Part shown: piece after piece, positions 34,785-46,458 of the stretch
Layout of the letters: every line of letters starts with the position of its first letter
How positions within the stretch are numbered: the stretch's first letter is position 1
Assembly (NCBI GenBank): GCA_031835245.2
Contig: JAVKOQ020000101.1
Coordinates: 62,001 to 126,000 of the forward strand
Source of the DNA: Balamuthia mandrillaris
Taxonomy: Eukaryota
Direction: 5' to 3'
Length of the DNA stretch: 64,000 nucleotides
Made by a program: the position numbers and the translations under genes
The notes under the pieces: model-generated
Told to the model about the DNA's origin: nothing
Seen by the model: only the letters and a program-made list of their open reading frames with translations
Databases searched by the model: none

Positions 34785-35565
34785 TCACGTTGGTGTTGCT
34801 CCTTGTGCTTTGTCTTTGGCTTCACTGGAAGAAGAGGTTTGGGGTGTGGAGAGTATGGCGTCCACTTCTTCTTTTGTTACCGGTTTATGTATCTGTCGTG
34901 AGAACGAGACTTTAGAACGGAGTAGAAACTATAAAAGAAAAAAAGATAAAGAAAAGAAGCGGCACGAAACCGAGTTGGCAAGCTGTGTCCACATCATCCA
35001 TTGGGGAGGGAGGTCTTGCTCCGATGGGAGAGTTTCTCGGTTCCAGTAGGTGAAGGACGAGAACCGTCCTGCCACTATCCATTCTTTGTTGTTGTTTGAT
35101 GCTGCTGAACGAACGTCCCACTCATCCACTTCCTTTTCCGCCACTATCCAACCTACAAAAAAAAAGTTCAGAGAGAGAGACAGAGAGAGAGAGAGAAAGA
35201 GGAAGAGGAGAGAACAATAAAAATCCACCTGCACAAGAAGGAGGAAGGTCTAAGCGTTGCCCTAACAGCTCTATGCCCCTAAAGCAACTCCTTTTGATGG
35301 ATCCTCCGCCGCTCAAAGCCGAAGAAGAGGAAGAAGCAGAAGGAGTAGCAGAGTCGGAAGAGGCTTCCTCTATCCGAAAATACGAATCAATGGGAGCGTC
35401 TTTCACATCCTCATGAATGGTGCACGGCAACAACTCCAACCTAGAAACAAAGGGAGCTTCGTTGACGTCCTCCTTCGTGCCACGTATCACTATCTCCGGC
35501 GGACTTTCCGCCTGCTCTCTTCCACCGTGCCTGTCTTGGCGGTCGTCCCATCTTCCCGCATCCAT
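34785..35565 (-). CDS. RNASEH2C: Ribonuclease H2 subunit C-like protein (2 introns)
   Basis: LLPCTIHED...APIDSYF, SCFRGIELLG...LP, RFSSFTYWN.E..P, W...A..IHKPV. Confidence 0.8.
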
Positions 35566-35889
35566 CTTATCTTTCTTTTTTGTTTTGTCCGCAAAAACGG
35601 GTTTGCGTTTAAAAAATGGCGGGAAAATGTCACGACGACCTGGGTACTTAGTCCAGGTCGTCATGGAATGATACTAAACCACAAGAAGAAAGAGGGAATG
35701 GAATGAACCCAAGAGAGAGTTCTTGCCACTGGGGGGAGGAGGAGGAGACGGTTGAGTGAGAAAATACAAGGCAAACCAATGGAAAGAAAGCTTGCAAGCA
35801 GCGGAAACCACCCATTGGGAACTTGCAAAGAACAGCTCAATAATTCATAGGTCAAAAAAGAATAAGAGCAAACGATAAGCTTTGAAAAA

Positions 35890-36318
35890 ATGAAGAACGA
35901 CGACAAGCCCGCCAAGGAGGAGGCAACGCCCTATCTTTTGGAAGAGGAACAAGCTCCCTCTCCTCTCTCCAACGAGAAGAAAGCCATCCGACAATCCACT
36001 TCGCCCACTGTGGCCCCCACCGACAAGACAAAAGAAGCAAAACAGAAGAAGGCAGGCCAGAGAGAACCAGACATGAACCAAATGGTGGAAGAGCTCAGAG
36101 CAGAGAACAAGGCCCTGCGTGAAGCTGTTGAAGAGACCAAAGCCAAAGGCCTCGCGGAGAGACAGAGAACGCAGCGGGACAGCCTTCAGGAGGACCACGA
36201 CCGCCTGGAGGAGGAGCTGCGTGAGAAGGAGGGTCAGCTTCGCGATGTCTGTGCCGAGAGGGACCACCTCAAGGCTCAACTGAACCAACAACAACACCGA
36301 ACCTTCCCTTCCAAATAA
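35890..36318 (+). CDS. Hypothetical coiled-coil protein
   Basis: 142-aa ORF with coding-like GC and heptad pattern (VEELRAENKALREAVEE, LEEELREKEGQL). Confidence 0.5.
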   Translation: MKNDDKPAKEEATPYLLEEEQAPSPLSNEKKAIRQSTSPTVAPTDKTKEAKQKKAGQREPDMNQMVEELRAENKALREAVEETKAKGLAERQRTQRDSLQEDHDRLEEELREKEGQLRDVCAERDHLKAQLNQQQHRTFPSK

Positions 36319-36373
36319 GCAAACGTTGCTTCTTCTTCTTCTTCTTTACAACGAAACAACGTCCGTCCAAACT

Positions 36374-37367
36374 TTATGTTGGTTTTAACAGTTTGAGAGC
36401 ATGGCAGAGCCGAACGTACTGACTTGTGGTGTGCCGCATGGAGTAGAGCGTGGGCAGCACCAACCCATCGAATGGCACGTAGGTGCCAAGGAACCTCGGA
36501 ATGGAGACATCAAAGGGTCCCAAGTTGCCTATAAACTCATTGAGAATGCCCTGACACTGGTTGGGGGTGAGGCAGGGCCTGTACTCCACCTCCACCACCA
36601 CCCCTTTGTTGTTGTTGCCCAGCATGATGGAGCCGATCTTCACCCCAAAGTCCCCTATCTCGTACTGAAGGCCTTTGATGTGGACCGTCTGACGGGGTTT
36701 GTAGAGCTTGGCTTTCTTGATGATGCTCTGCATTTCCAGGCCGGCTTCCAGGATGTTGCCCTGGAGCATGAGGTAGCATTTGTTGTTGGTGGAGGAAGAG
36801 AAGGAGGAAGGAGCAGAGTCATCTTCAAGGGAGGAGGAAGAGGAGGAAGACGGAAAGAGCTCTTCACGGAGGAGGTAGAGCTCTTTGCTGATGGTTTCCG
36901 GCAAGGAAGGTTCTTTGTGGGCAGAGAAAGTGAGAACGTAGCAAGAGAAAGAGAGAAAGAGAAAGAAAGAAAAAACCTTTGGCCAATTCGTGAAGGTAAA
37001 GCGTGCAAAAGAGGCTCCAGTCGCCGACCTTCTTGCCTCGTAGCCGTTCCACCCGCTGTTTCATCTCTCCCAAAGCCTGGGGATCCCGTGAAAACGGAAA
37101 CACGCTGTATTTTCCAGTCAGTTATTTTCCACAACACAGGCAAAGAGAAGAAGAAGAACAAAAGTGAAGGAAGAGAAGAAAAAGAAGTGTTGTTGGAAGT
37201 GCGGAAAAGCGGGACACCTTCAACGAGACTGCCGAAAGCGAAGAAAGACAAAAAGAAGTCATCTGACAAGAAGAAGAAGAAGAAGAAGAAGAAGAAGAAC
37301 AAGAAGAAGAAGAAGAAGAAGAAGAAGAAGCAGAAGAACAAGAAGAACAAGGAACACCACGCACCAT
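36374..37367 (-). CDS. MED20: Mediator subunit 20 (multi-exon)
   Basis: LRGKKVGDWSLFC exon; YKPRQTVHIKGLQYEIGDFGVKIG...KGVVVEVEYRPC. Confidence 0.75.
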
Positions 37368-37534
37368 TTCACTCCCATTCTCGCTACTTGCTTTTCTTTT
37401 CTGGTTTGTTGTTTTCATGCGTTCGACACTCACTCCACGCATCTTCATTTTTTATCGGAAATATTAATGGGCATCGGTTCGACACCTGGTAGTGACCACT
37501 AGTTTTTAGAAGAAAAAGAAAGAAAGAGTAGAAG

Positions 37535-38590
37535 ATGGCCACCACGTTGCAACGAAACCAAAGAGGCAAAACGGAGCTGCACAGAAAGAAGGTGCAAGAG
37601 GCGTTTCGCTCCGTGGAGGAGCAGCTCCGGCATTGGGACCTCCTCACCAACACGCTCCGCGACCACCTCCTCGCTCTCATCAACGGCCGCGTCCAAGTGG
37701 AATACCTCCACCATCACGACAGCAGCGACGCTGAGCACGCGCGGCAAGAACAAGGCGTGTTGTTGGCCCGCCAACCGTTTTCAGTGTTGGAGAGAACGGA
37801 GGTGAAGCTCCACTTCAAGGAGGAGGAGCGGAAGGACCGGCTGCAGGACCTCTTTGCCGAGCTCTGCGGGATCTACGCCAAGCTGCAGAGCATTCGCTCT
37901 GCTCTCTGTCAGTTGGATTATTCCCTTCTCAACGACCGTTTGCTCTACTCTCTTCCTTCTTCCACCTCGAGCCCGCTTCGTTCGCTCTCGTCTTCTTCTG
38001 CTTCTTCTTCTCCTTATCGTCCTCCTCCTTCTCTATTTTCTTCTTGTTCTTCTTCTTCTTCTTCTTCTTCTTCTTCTTCTTCCTCTTGTTCTCCTTCTTC
38101 TCTTTCTTCTTTCTCTCCTTCTTCTCCACAAAAATCAAACGAACAGAAGGAAGCTCAAAGAGAAGACGTGGAACAAGAACGACTCTTTCCCACGCTCACG
38201 CTCACCAAAATAACGGACCTCCTCCAAGAGCTCAACCAAATGCACTCCAAAGAACTCCTCTCCAAGAAAATGATCTTGGATGACCTCTTCTCTCCAACTT
38301 CTTCTTCTTCCTCTTCTTCCTCTTCCGCTACTTCTTCCACTTCTTCTCAACAACAACGAAACTTGGCCATGATCTACTTGGCCTCATGGAAAGCCGAACC
38401 ATTCATCGACCGCCAACGGAGAGACCTTATTCTCGACATGCTACGGGAAGAGCTCTTCTCTCCTCTTCTCTCTGCCGACAACAGCAACAACGATCATCAT
38501 CATCAAAAGCAACAACAAACACAAAAACGAACAACGAAAACAAAGGAGGAGCTTTTCTTTACTATGATACAGCGAGAAGAGTATCCATGA
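37535..38590 (+). CDS. Helical protein resembling the C1orf109/CK2-substrate family
   Basis: 351-aa intronless ORF with Ser tracts; pattern MHSKELLSKKMILDDL...IYLASWKAEPFID. Family call is from recollection. Confidence 0.45.
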   Translation: MATTLQRNQRGKTELHRKKVQEAFRSVEEQLRHWDLLTNTLRDHLLALINGRVQVEYLHHHDSSDAEHARQEQGVLLARQPFSVLERTEVKLHFKEEERKDRLQDLFAELCGIYAKLQSIRSALCQLDYSLLNDRLLYSLPSSTSSPLRSLSSSSASSSPYRPPPSLFSSCSSSSSSSSSSSSSCSPSSLSSFSPSSPQKSNEQKEAQREDVEQERLFPTLTLTKITDLLQELNQMHSKELLSKKMILDDLFSPTSSSSSSSSSATSSTSSQQQRNLAMIYLASWKAEPFIDRQRRDLILDMLREELFSPLLSADNSNNDHHHQKQQQTQKRTTKTKEELFFTMIQREEYP

Positions 38591-38643
38591 AACAAGAATG
38601 CGTGGCAGCAACGTGGAACCAAAAAGGAGCGGTTTGCTTCTTT

Positions 38644-38964
38644 TCAGTAAACGGACCAAGCGTCCTTGAGGTCTTGAAGCAGTACCTTGAGTTTCTCTTT
38701 CAAGCCGCGGTGGTGGCGGGCCTTGTGCTCCGGGAGGTGAAGGTTCTCCTCCTCGGTCAGCTGCTCCTCCCTCACCTGCTCCGCCGTTTTCCTCTCCACC
38801 TTCTCGTCCTGTTGCTGCTGTCTGCTCTCCTCCTGGGCCTTATCCAGCGCGCAGGACTCGGGAGTCGGCTTGGGGTGAGAGCTGGCGGTGTGGACCTCCC
38901 TCTCCTCCTGGGGCTTGGTCTCCCTGAGCCATCCCCCTCTGTAGCTCCATGCTGACCATTCCAT
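38644..38964 (-). CDS. Small hydrophilic hypothetical protein
   Basis: GC-rich coding-like ORF MEWSAWSYRGG...LKDAWSVY. TATAAATA at about 39103-39110 on the minus strand suggests ATG 38964 is the start. Confidence 0.45.
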   Translation of the reverse strand: MEWSAWSYRGGWLRETKPQEEREVHTASSHPKPTPESCALDKAQEESRQQQQDEKVERKTAEQVREEQLTEEENLHLPEHKARHHRGLKEKLKVLLQDLKDAWSVY

Positions 38965-39487
38965 GCTGGCAGTGGTTCTTGTGGTTCTTGTGGTGGTGGA
39001 TGCAGAAAGAAGATGCGGTGGAGCAGTCGCAAGCCTTGGTTGTGGATGCCGAAAGATGAAGAAGAGCTTCTTCTGGAGGGTTCCACTTCGTCTGTGTGAC
39101 ATTATTTATAGCGTGCTGTGGTTGTGGTTGAAGCTGATGGCCTCGCCAGCCAGGCCAGGCATCAGGATGGATCAAAAACGAAATGGGGGAGGTGCAAAAG
39201 GTCTTGGGCGGTCAACTGGCAAGTTGAGGAAGTGAGAGAGAGAGAGAGGACAGAGGAGGGGAAACGAGACGGTTTGTTGACAAAGGTCAAAAAATAATAA
39301 AAGGGGGGGTACAACGCATAGCAGGCCTATGCGTCCGGGTTTTCTCCATCTTCTCGCCCGGTTTTCTCCTATGTAGTTCACCGCAGGGACGTGACGACCC
39401 CCTTTTCGATCGGTCGGTGACACGAAGGGGAGGGAAGGAGAGAGGTACGTCAAGCGCTTGCGTGTGTCGGTCAAAGGTGACAAACCT

Positions 39488-40435
39488 TCATCCAGGAACG
39501 TCGGAAGGGCAGCCCTGTTGGCGTAGATAACTCACCACTTGCCAATGTTTGCCGACGGCGGCCCAAAAGCTTGCCCATTCGTCCCAAGGACAGCCGTGCT
39601 CGTGCGCCCATTTCAGCACCTCCCAGTGGCCTTGTTGCGCTGCCGCCGTGGTTGTGTCCGTGTCCCAAGGGCAGCCCTGCTCCCTCGCCCATTGCAGCAC
39701 CGCCAGATGGCCTCCTCTGGCTGCCCAATAGCAGGTCCATGGGTCCCACGGGCAGCCTTTCCTCCTCAGCCACTTCAGCACCGCCAGCTGTCCGCTCATG
39801 GCAGCAAAGTTGCAGATGGTCGGGTCCTCCTTCCAAGGGCAGCCCTGCTTCCTCGCCCATTTCAGCACGGCCAACTGCCCGGTGCGGGCAGCCCGGTAAC
39901 AAGTTTCCTCATCCCAAGGGCAGCCCTGCTCCCTCGCCCATTGCAGCACCGCCAGGTGCCCTTGCTGTGCTGCCCTGGCGCAGGTCTGCTCGTCCCATGC
40001 GAAACCACGCTCCTCCCGTGCCCACTTCAACGCTGGCAAGGACCCGCCGTAGGCAATGAGAGCGCAGGCGGCTGTCGGCTTGTCTTGCGGTGGGGCGAAG
40101 CCATTTTGCAGAGCCCATCGAAGAAGGGGCAGGGAGCTGCACGCCCTTCTTGCCCAGAGCTTCTGGCGGAGGTGGGGTGGGCTGCAAGCAAACCAGCGGC
40201 GGCAGGTCCGGGCGGCAATGGCCACGTTGTCCGGCGGCAGCGTGTCCAGTGTGTGGGCCATGAGCTCGTCCGGCAAGCACTCCTCCACCAAGCATCTTTC
40301 TGCAACGCTGTCTTCTCTGCGTGGGTGCAGAGAGGAAGGCCGACTGGTGTGCTGCCGTGATCTCTGGGGAGGACTTGCGTCGGGCACCTCATCCTCTTCT
40401 TCCTCCTCCTCGTCGCCTCTCTTTCGCTTTTTCAT
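39488..40435 (-). CDS. F-box-like plus ankyrin-variant repeat protein (xLxWAREQGCPWD type)
   Basis: LPDELMAHTL...AARTCRRW followed by about 6 repeats of AAxxGHLxVLxWAxxxGCPWD. Intronless and GC-rich. Confidence 0.85.
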   Translation of the reverse strand: MKKRKRGDEEEEEEDEVPDASPPQRSRQHTSRPSSLHPRREDSVAERCLVEECLPDELMAHTLDTLPPDNVAIAARTCRRWFACSPPHLRQKLWARRACSSLPLLRWALQNGFAPPQDKPTAACALIAYGGSLPALKWAREERGFAWDEQTCARAAQQGHLAVLQWAREQGCPWDEETCYRAARTGQLAVLKWARKQGCPWKEDPTICNFAAMSGQLAVLKWLRRKGCPWDPWTCYWAARGGHLAVLQWAREQGCPWDTDTTTAAAQQGHWEVLKWAHEHGCPWDEWASFWAAVGKHWQVVSYLRQQGCPSDVPG

Positions 40436-40490
40436 TTTAAAAGTTTCGTTTATTATTAGTATAGCTTTCGGTGGAGTTAAGGTTCGTTGC

Positions 40491-42244
40491 TCACAAATGC
40501 GCTTTTTTGTGAGCAGGATGGGGGACATCCGGATGCATCGCTACGACCACTTTGCCTTTTGTACTGTACGGTCAGAAAACAAAAGAAAGAAGAAGAAAAA
40601 AAAAAGAGCAAGGAAGAGATAACGAAAGAGACACAACAAATATGCTGGAAGGAAGAAAACCCAAAAGAGTACATACCAACGTTCTTGCCAGAATACATAT
40701 AGTCAACAGCATCGGCAACTGACTCAATACCAACAAAAGGACGCGAGGCGTCCACGTGCGAAATGAGCTTGCCTTCACTGACAAGCCGAGCCAATTGTTG
40801 GAGGTGTTGCGGGTACTTGTCCCAATAGTGGTTCAAGAAGAAGCCACGAACCGACGCTGACTTGGCCAAAAGTTTAGCGGCTAATGGCGTTCTGCTTTTG
40901 TCTCCTGTTGTTTGTTGGACGATTGTTAACATTGCAACTAAACACTCACTAAAATGAAAGAGAAATAACCTTTAGCTTCCCAGGCAGTGCCATCTTGATA
41001 GCCAGAGATCATGCCAATAATAATGAGTCTTCCTTTGATGGCCAGGTTATTAACGCAAGTATCAAACATCGTTCCGCCGATGCTCTCATACACCAAATCT
41101 ATCCTGTGTTTGGTTGTATGGGGAGAAGCTTTAGGGGCGAGAAACTTTTGGGAGAAAGCAGAAAGGGAAGAGAGAAGGGAACGGAAAATAGAGAAGGTAG
41201 CAGCCAAGGAAAGAAGAGGATATAGCTGTACCCTTTCGGATATTCCTGTTTCAACACCTCAAATACATTTTCTGTTTTGTAGTTGATGACTCTATCGCAG
41301 CCCAAACTCTTCAAGAATTCGACCTTTTCCGCCGTGCTGCAAGTACCAATGACGTGGTTTCCAGCCAACTTTGCCAATTGTACTGCAAACTGGCCGGTGC
41401 CACCTGCCGCCGCTGTTTTTGGTAACGTAAAGCAAGTTGCGTCAGAAGAAAGAAGAAGAAAGAAGAAGAAAGAAGAAGAAAGAAGAAGGAATGAAGGAGA
41501 GAAGAAAGAAGAAAGAAGAATGAGGAATGAAAAATGAAGAAAGAAGAAAGATGAAGGAAGAAAGAAAGAAGAAAGTAGACTAAGGACAACGAAAAGAAAA
41601 AGGGTTTTACCGGTGACAAGAACAGTTTCTCCAGATTTCATGTCTCCAACGCACTCAAGAGCCAAGGAGGCTGTCGTGGCGCTGACAAGCAGCGGCAGGA
41701 ACTCAGGCTTGGCGGAAGGAATGGGCACGCAGCCTTTCGCTTTGACAACCATGTACTCTCTGTAACACCCGAAATCTGCGTTGCTAGCGTTTAGCAAAGA
41801 GAATGAAGGAAGAAGCAAAGAGATGAAGAACGAAACTAGAGAAAGACACAGGAGTTCCAACTTTGAAAAGAGAAGGAACGCCCTCTCCCACCATTTCCAC
41901 CACACCCACGGCTTCAAACCCAGCATCAAACGGCGGTTTAGCACCAGGCAGATACTTGACAAAACAGTTCGTCAAGGCTGAAAAAAAAAGACAAAGAAAA
42001 GAGGAAAGAAAAGAAAGAAAAAGAAGAAAGGGAAGAAAAAAAAAAGATATTTTCCAGCAGTGAAATTGATGTCGGAAGCGTTGACGCCAGTGTAGAGGAC
42101 TTTGGCGAGGAGGTGGCCTTTCGGCAGCTGCGAAGGCGAAGCCGGGAGGTCCACTTCTTCGATGCCGGTAGCCGCCCTAAAGTCCGAAGACAAAGTATGG
42201 ACCACGAGCTTCCTGTACTTGTTGTTGCGCTGTGTTGGCTGCAT
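40491..42244 (-). CDS. ZADH2: MDR-family NADPH oxidoreductase, ZADH2/PTGR3-like, peroxisomal
   Basis: [62 protein letters not shown]-terminus AHL* is a PTS1-type signal. Confidence 0.88.
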
Positions 42245-42338
42245 AGTCTTCCCTTTTGTTCCCGTCTTTTCTTTTTCTTTTTCCTCTTTTGTACGATGAT
42301 GTCACCCGTTTCCAAATTGGGGAAAATATGACGATAAT

Positions 42339-44051
42339 TTATATTCCGGTACCTCTTTCTCTTGTCGACATTGCATTTATCATGTCGTCCTGGATAGAAT
42401 CGCAGAAGGAGGAGAAACGCTCCCGAGAAGAAGTCATCTTCTTCGGTTGCTGTTGAAGAGGAGGGAGTTGTTTTTGTTGAGAAAGAAGTTGAGGTTTTTG
42501 AGGTTGAATCGAGGGGTGTTGGAGCAGAAGTTGTTGAGGAAGAAGAGCAACATTATTGGTGGCAGAAGCCAAAGAAGATGGAAGAAGGGTAATGGAAGAA
42601 GAAACGGGGTTGGAGGGAAAAGATGAGTTGGGAGAGGAAAGCAAAGCAACAAAGCTTTGTTTGTCTTCTTCGGAGGGATCGGTATGGTGGTTGTTGGGTA
42701 CAAACCACACGGTTCTTCCCTTTTCCTTTTGGCATTGTGACTTTCCATAACATCTTTTTTGTTTTGTTTGTTTGAAACACAGAAAGAAACGATAAGATAA
42801 CGACAAAGAAGAAAACAAAAAAGAAAACAGAAAAAAAAAATAGAAAAAAGAATGGGTACTAACTTCAACCAGTCATCGAAGGCGTCCTTTTCTTGCGCGT
42901 TGCCATACTTGTTTAGTCCTTTGTCAAGGACTTCTTTTGGCACAATGTGGCAGAGTGCCAACAACAGGTCTCCTTTGTCGTAGCTCATTCCCTGGTACTG
43001 AAAAGTGCCACTGCCACCATTAAACATTGACGCAGCTGATTGAAACGGATCCACTTTTGCTCTATACAGTATTTCTGCTCTTAAGTAATTTCCAACTCCT
43101 ATTGTTTATTTTGGATGAAGGATGTTAAGCAAAGAAAATGAAAGGGAAGAAAACGAGAAAGAAACAATACCATTGAAGAACTCTTGTTCCAACATGACAT
43201 CACAAATGTTCTTCTGGAAGACCTTCGCGTTCTGCATGATTATGTTTCAAACAAAACGTCACTAGGTTGTAATGCAGATAAAAGAAGTTTAACCGGACTT
43301 ACCGAGTTGGCCTTCACGTTCTGACGGAATGCTTTCCAATCCTAAGAAGAAGAAGAAGAACAAAAGAACAAGAAGAACAACAACAAACGAAGAATGGAGA
43401 ATGAGAAAATAGAGCAAAAGGGCAAATGGGTGTTACACATGCTACCGTTAAGGGATCAGGTCCTCTCTTAGCCGCCCAGTAGCCCCAATACCAACTGCCC
43501 ATGTTGCCATGATCCACCATACTTGTTTCACAATAACATAAATATGAACACATAGTTTTCAAAAAAAAAAAAGTGTGGTGCGTTGCAAACCAACCATAAA
43601 CGCTCCTTCTGGGTGGTCTCGATGGAAAACAGCACGTAAGGAACTACTTCTCCTGGTTTCGCCCAACGCCAACCTCCCACCTTGTTTATGTATTTATATG
43701 AGAGAGAGAGTGAGAGAGAAGAATGGAAGAGCGAGAAAAGAGAGAGAGAGAGAGAGAGAGAGCTCTAGAAACAAGGACAAAGAAAAACGAACGTACCAGT
43801 CCATGTTTGAAGACAACGTAGGCAGTTTTAGTGGGGTCATCCGCAGCGGTGAAGCAAAGTTGCAGCTCTTTTCCTCTCGCTTTGCTCTCCACCAGCAGGT
43901 CTCTACCCTTCAGGCCCGCGTTGTCGAACCAGGGCAGCACGTCGGGGCTCTTCTTGGCAAAGTAGCCGCCACCGTCCAGGCGAAAGCGTTTGCCCTTGCA
44001 CCACTGGTTGATGTCTTGGCTGTACCTATGGATCTCGGGTAGCTCTGGCAT
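42339..44051 (-). CDS. NEIL1: Fpg/Nei-family DNA glycosylase, NEIL1-like (multi-exon)
   Basis: N-terminal MPELPE, ARGKEL, RGPDP, H2TH segment ICDVMLEQEFFNG..GNYLRAEILYRAKVDPF, CYGK...GRTVWF. Confidence 0.8.
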
Positions 44052-44381
44052 GGTGGTTTTGCCGTGTGCGTTTTCTTTCTACCAGGGTTTACTTTCTTTG
44101 GTTGAAAATTTTCTTGGAACAAATTGCTTGAAAAAATATTTGCCTGGTACGCGTCATCTTTTACTAAAAATAGTAGTCATGACGTAGGTATATTTCATGA
44201 CGACATGAGTTTCGTTCGTTCCACATGCATTCGTCGCTCTCTTGTTGACTCTTTAGTCAGAGACAAACGTTGTCTGATCTAAACGGCCACATGTGCTGTT
44301 ATAGAGTAACGTGATGATATCACAAACGAGTGCGTTGTTTACTTTCGTGCACAAGTACAATTTGGGGTGGGTTGGTTGTCT

Positions 44382-45200
44382 TCAGGAGGACCACAATTGT
44401 TTGGCATATTTGAGATGATTCAACCGCTCGTTTCGTTGTTTCATGCGTTCGAGGTGGGCCCACATCTCTTCTTCCTCTTTAAATACCTGTTCGTCTTCCT
44501 CTTTTTCCATCTTCTTTTTCTTTGGTGCTGCTTCCTGTTCTTGTTCATTCTTTTGCTTCTCTTCTTCCTCTTGCAACAACCTATCGAGTGTGGGGCTTGT
44601 AGTCATTCTTCTGCTTCTGGAAGAAGGTGCTAGTTTCGTTGCACCCTCTTTTTCTTTCTCTTTTCCGCTGTCCTGCTTTTCTTCCACGTTCTTCTTTTCT
44701 CCGTTACCGTTACCATTACAATTACGTTGTTGTGTTGAAAGGCGATGCTTCACTTGTATCACAACCAACACCAACTTTATCTGCTCCGCAAGGCTCTGTT
44801 CGAACTTTTCTTTCAGCTTCTTCCATGTTTTTCTTTTTCCGTTGGCTTCTTCTTTTAGCTTGCTATACGTTTTTGGTGTTGGCGTTACACTCGTCACTAA
44901 TTCTTCCCAATTTTCTTTCAGGTACTTCATCAGCACTCCTCTTCGAAACAGCTGCTTCTCTCCTTCTTTCAGGCGCTCTGCAAGAGCAGCGCTGCTTCTG
45001 CTTCTTCCTTTGCTAAAACTCAAAAGGAAGAGCCGAACGTTTTCGGAGCTTCTGTTGAAGAGTTCTATAGAGGTGAGGAAGGACTCGCATTTGCCGTAGT
45101 TGAAAGAGGAGCACCGTTCCAGCTCGTCTAGGTTTATTTTTATTCCTCGGGCAGCTTTTCCGGCTTGTTGTCTGGCGTCCTCCGTTGGGTCTTGTTCCAT
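44382..45200 (-). CDS. Hypothetical charged protein
   Basis: 272-aa ATG-initiated ORF; no recognised motif. Confidence 0.5.
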   Translation of the reverse strand: MEQDPTEDARQQAGKAARGIKINLDELERCSSFNYGKCESFLTSIELFNRSSENVRLFLLSFSKGRSRSSAALAERLKEGEKQLFRRGVLMKYLKENWEELVTSVTPTPKTYSKLKEEANGKRKTWKKLKEKFEQSLAEQIKLVLVVIQVKHRLSTQQRNCNGNGNGEKKNVEEKQDSGKEKEKEGATKLAPSSRSRRMTTSPTLDRLLQEEEEKQKNEQEQEAAPKKKKMEKEEDEQVFKEEEEMWAHLERMKQRNERLNHLKYAKQLWSS

Positions 45201-45384
45201 TCTTTCTCTTTTTTTTTCTCTCCGCTATCCTTTGGCAAATGTCGATCATTACCATCAATTAATTTATTGCCCGAGGCACGCGGTGATTTTCGTGCTCTCT
45301 CCTCTTCTCTCTCTTCTCCGCTTCTCTTGCTCTTTCTCGTCGCTTCTCTTTCCTCGCTTCTCTTTCCTCGTATCTCTTTCGTCG

Positions 45385-45564
45385 TTTCTCTTTCTCTTTC
45401 TCTTTCTCTTTCTCTTTCTCTTTCTCTTTCTCTTTCTCTTTCTCTTTCTCTTTCTCTTTCTCTTTCTCTTTCTCTTTCTCTTTCTCTTTCTCTTTCTCTT
45501 TCTCTTTCTCTTTCTCTTTCTCTTTCTCTTTCTCTTTCTCTTTCTCTTTCTCTTTCTCTTTCTC
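45385..45564. repeat. (TTTCTC)n perfect hexanucleotide array, ~30 units
   Basis: Directly visible; intergenic polypurine/polypyrimidine tract. Confidence 0.95.
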
Positions 45565-45855
45565 TCCGTTCACCCAGGCTAACCTGTGAGAAGCGAAAAC
45601 AAAGTTCTCAAGGTTGATCAAAGAAGGAGTTCAAAGGTTGCAGGGTAATGGGCGAAACGAAAAGCCAAAAGGCAGGCGGAGGTGTCATGTGACTTCGCTT
45701 GGCGAAAATGTGAAAGCGAAAACACGACCTTGCGGCAGGTGATGGCAAGCCTGACAACCAATGGGTTGCACTTTGTGACGGTATTGCCTGTTCCCGTTCT
45801 TTACTGTACTCCTGCAAAACTACAGCTGGCCCCTTTGAAACGCAGAGGCGAGCAG

Positions 45856-46212
45856 ATGAGGTTTACGCCGTTCTTTCTTGTCTTGTTGGCTGCTGTCCAG
45901 GTTATGATGGCCTCCTCCAAAGAGGTCTGCAACGAACCAGCCAACTGCTCCTCCGCCTTTGACGACTGCATCGACACCGCTGCGGAAGAGCCGAACGAGG
46001 TCTGCAAGTGCTACGGCGCCCTCAAGGTCTGCATCGGCATGTGTTACGGTTGGGCAGCCCACCAGGCGGCCTGTGCGGATGCTTGCTACATGTCCCAGTC
46101 CACTTGCTCCACTGGGCGATGGGTGCAGCCCATGGGAGAAGGCAGCGAGACTTCTTCAGCTTCCCGGCTCTCCGGTGAATGGTTGTTTCATTCCCTCGTT
46201 ACGTTTTGTTGA
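45856..46212 (+). CDS. Small secreted cysteine-rich protein
   Basis: Signal peptide MRFTPFFLVLLAAVQVMMA, 10 Cys in about 60 residues, Ser-rich linker near the end. The 3' end may be spliced. Confidence 0.65.
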   Translation: MRFTPFFLVLLAAVQVMMASSKEVCNEPANCSSAFDDCIDTAAEEPNEVCKCYGALKVCIGMCYGWAAHQAACADACYMSQSTCSTGRWVQPMGEGSETSSASRLSGEWLFHSLVTFC

Positions 46213-46458
46213 TTGTTTTTGCTTCTATAGGTGACTGTGATATAAAACATCTGTTTTCCTCTGCCTTGAGTTGCCAGCGGTGAGGTGAGGTGAGGTGAAC
46301 ACCAGAGTCTGAAAGAGCAGTTTTCCTTGGCCGGAGTAAACAACATTTGTTCAGGTTCACACTGCTGCTCTTCCTCTCTGGAAGGCTTGTTCGTTTCTTT
46401 ATGTGATGTCATGTCGACCCAAAATTAAAAATAGAACAGAACGAAAGAAGAAGACAAG

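Noticed and set aside
29089..37367. MED7 and MED20 within about 8 kb as a Mediator cluster
   Set aside because: Separated by five unrelated genes; plausible by chance in a compact genome without synteny evidence.
45100..45621. Poly-EK, poly-FL and poly-SL ORFs
   Set aside because: Translations of the (TTTCTC)n array.
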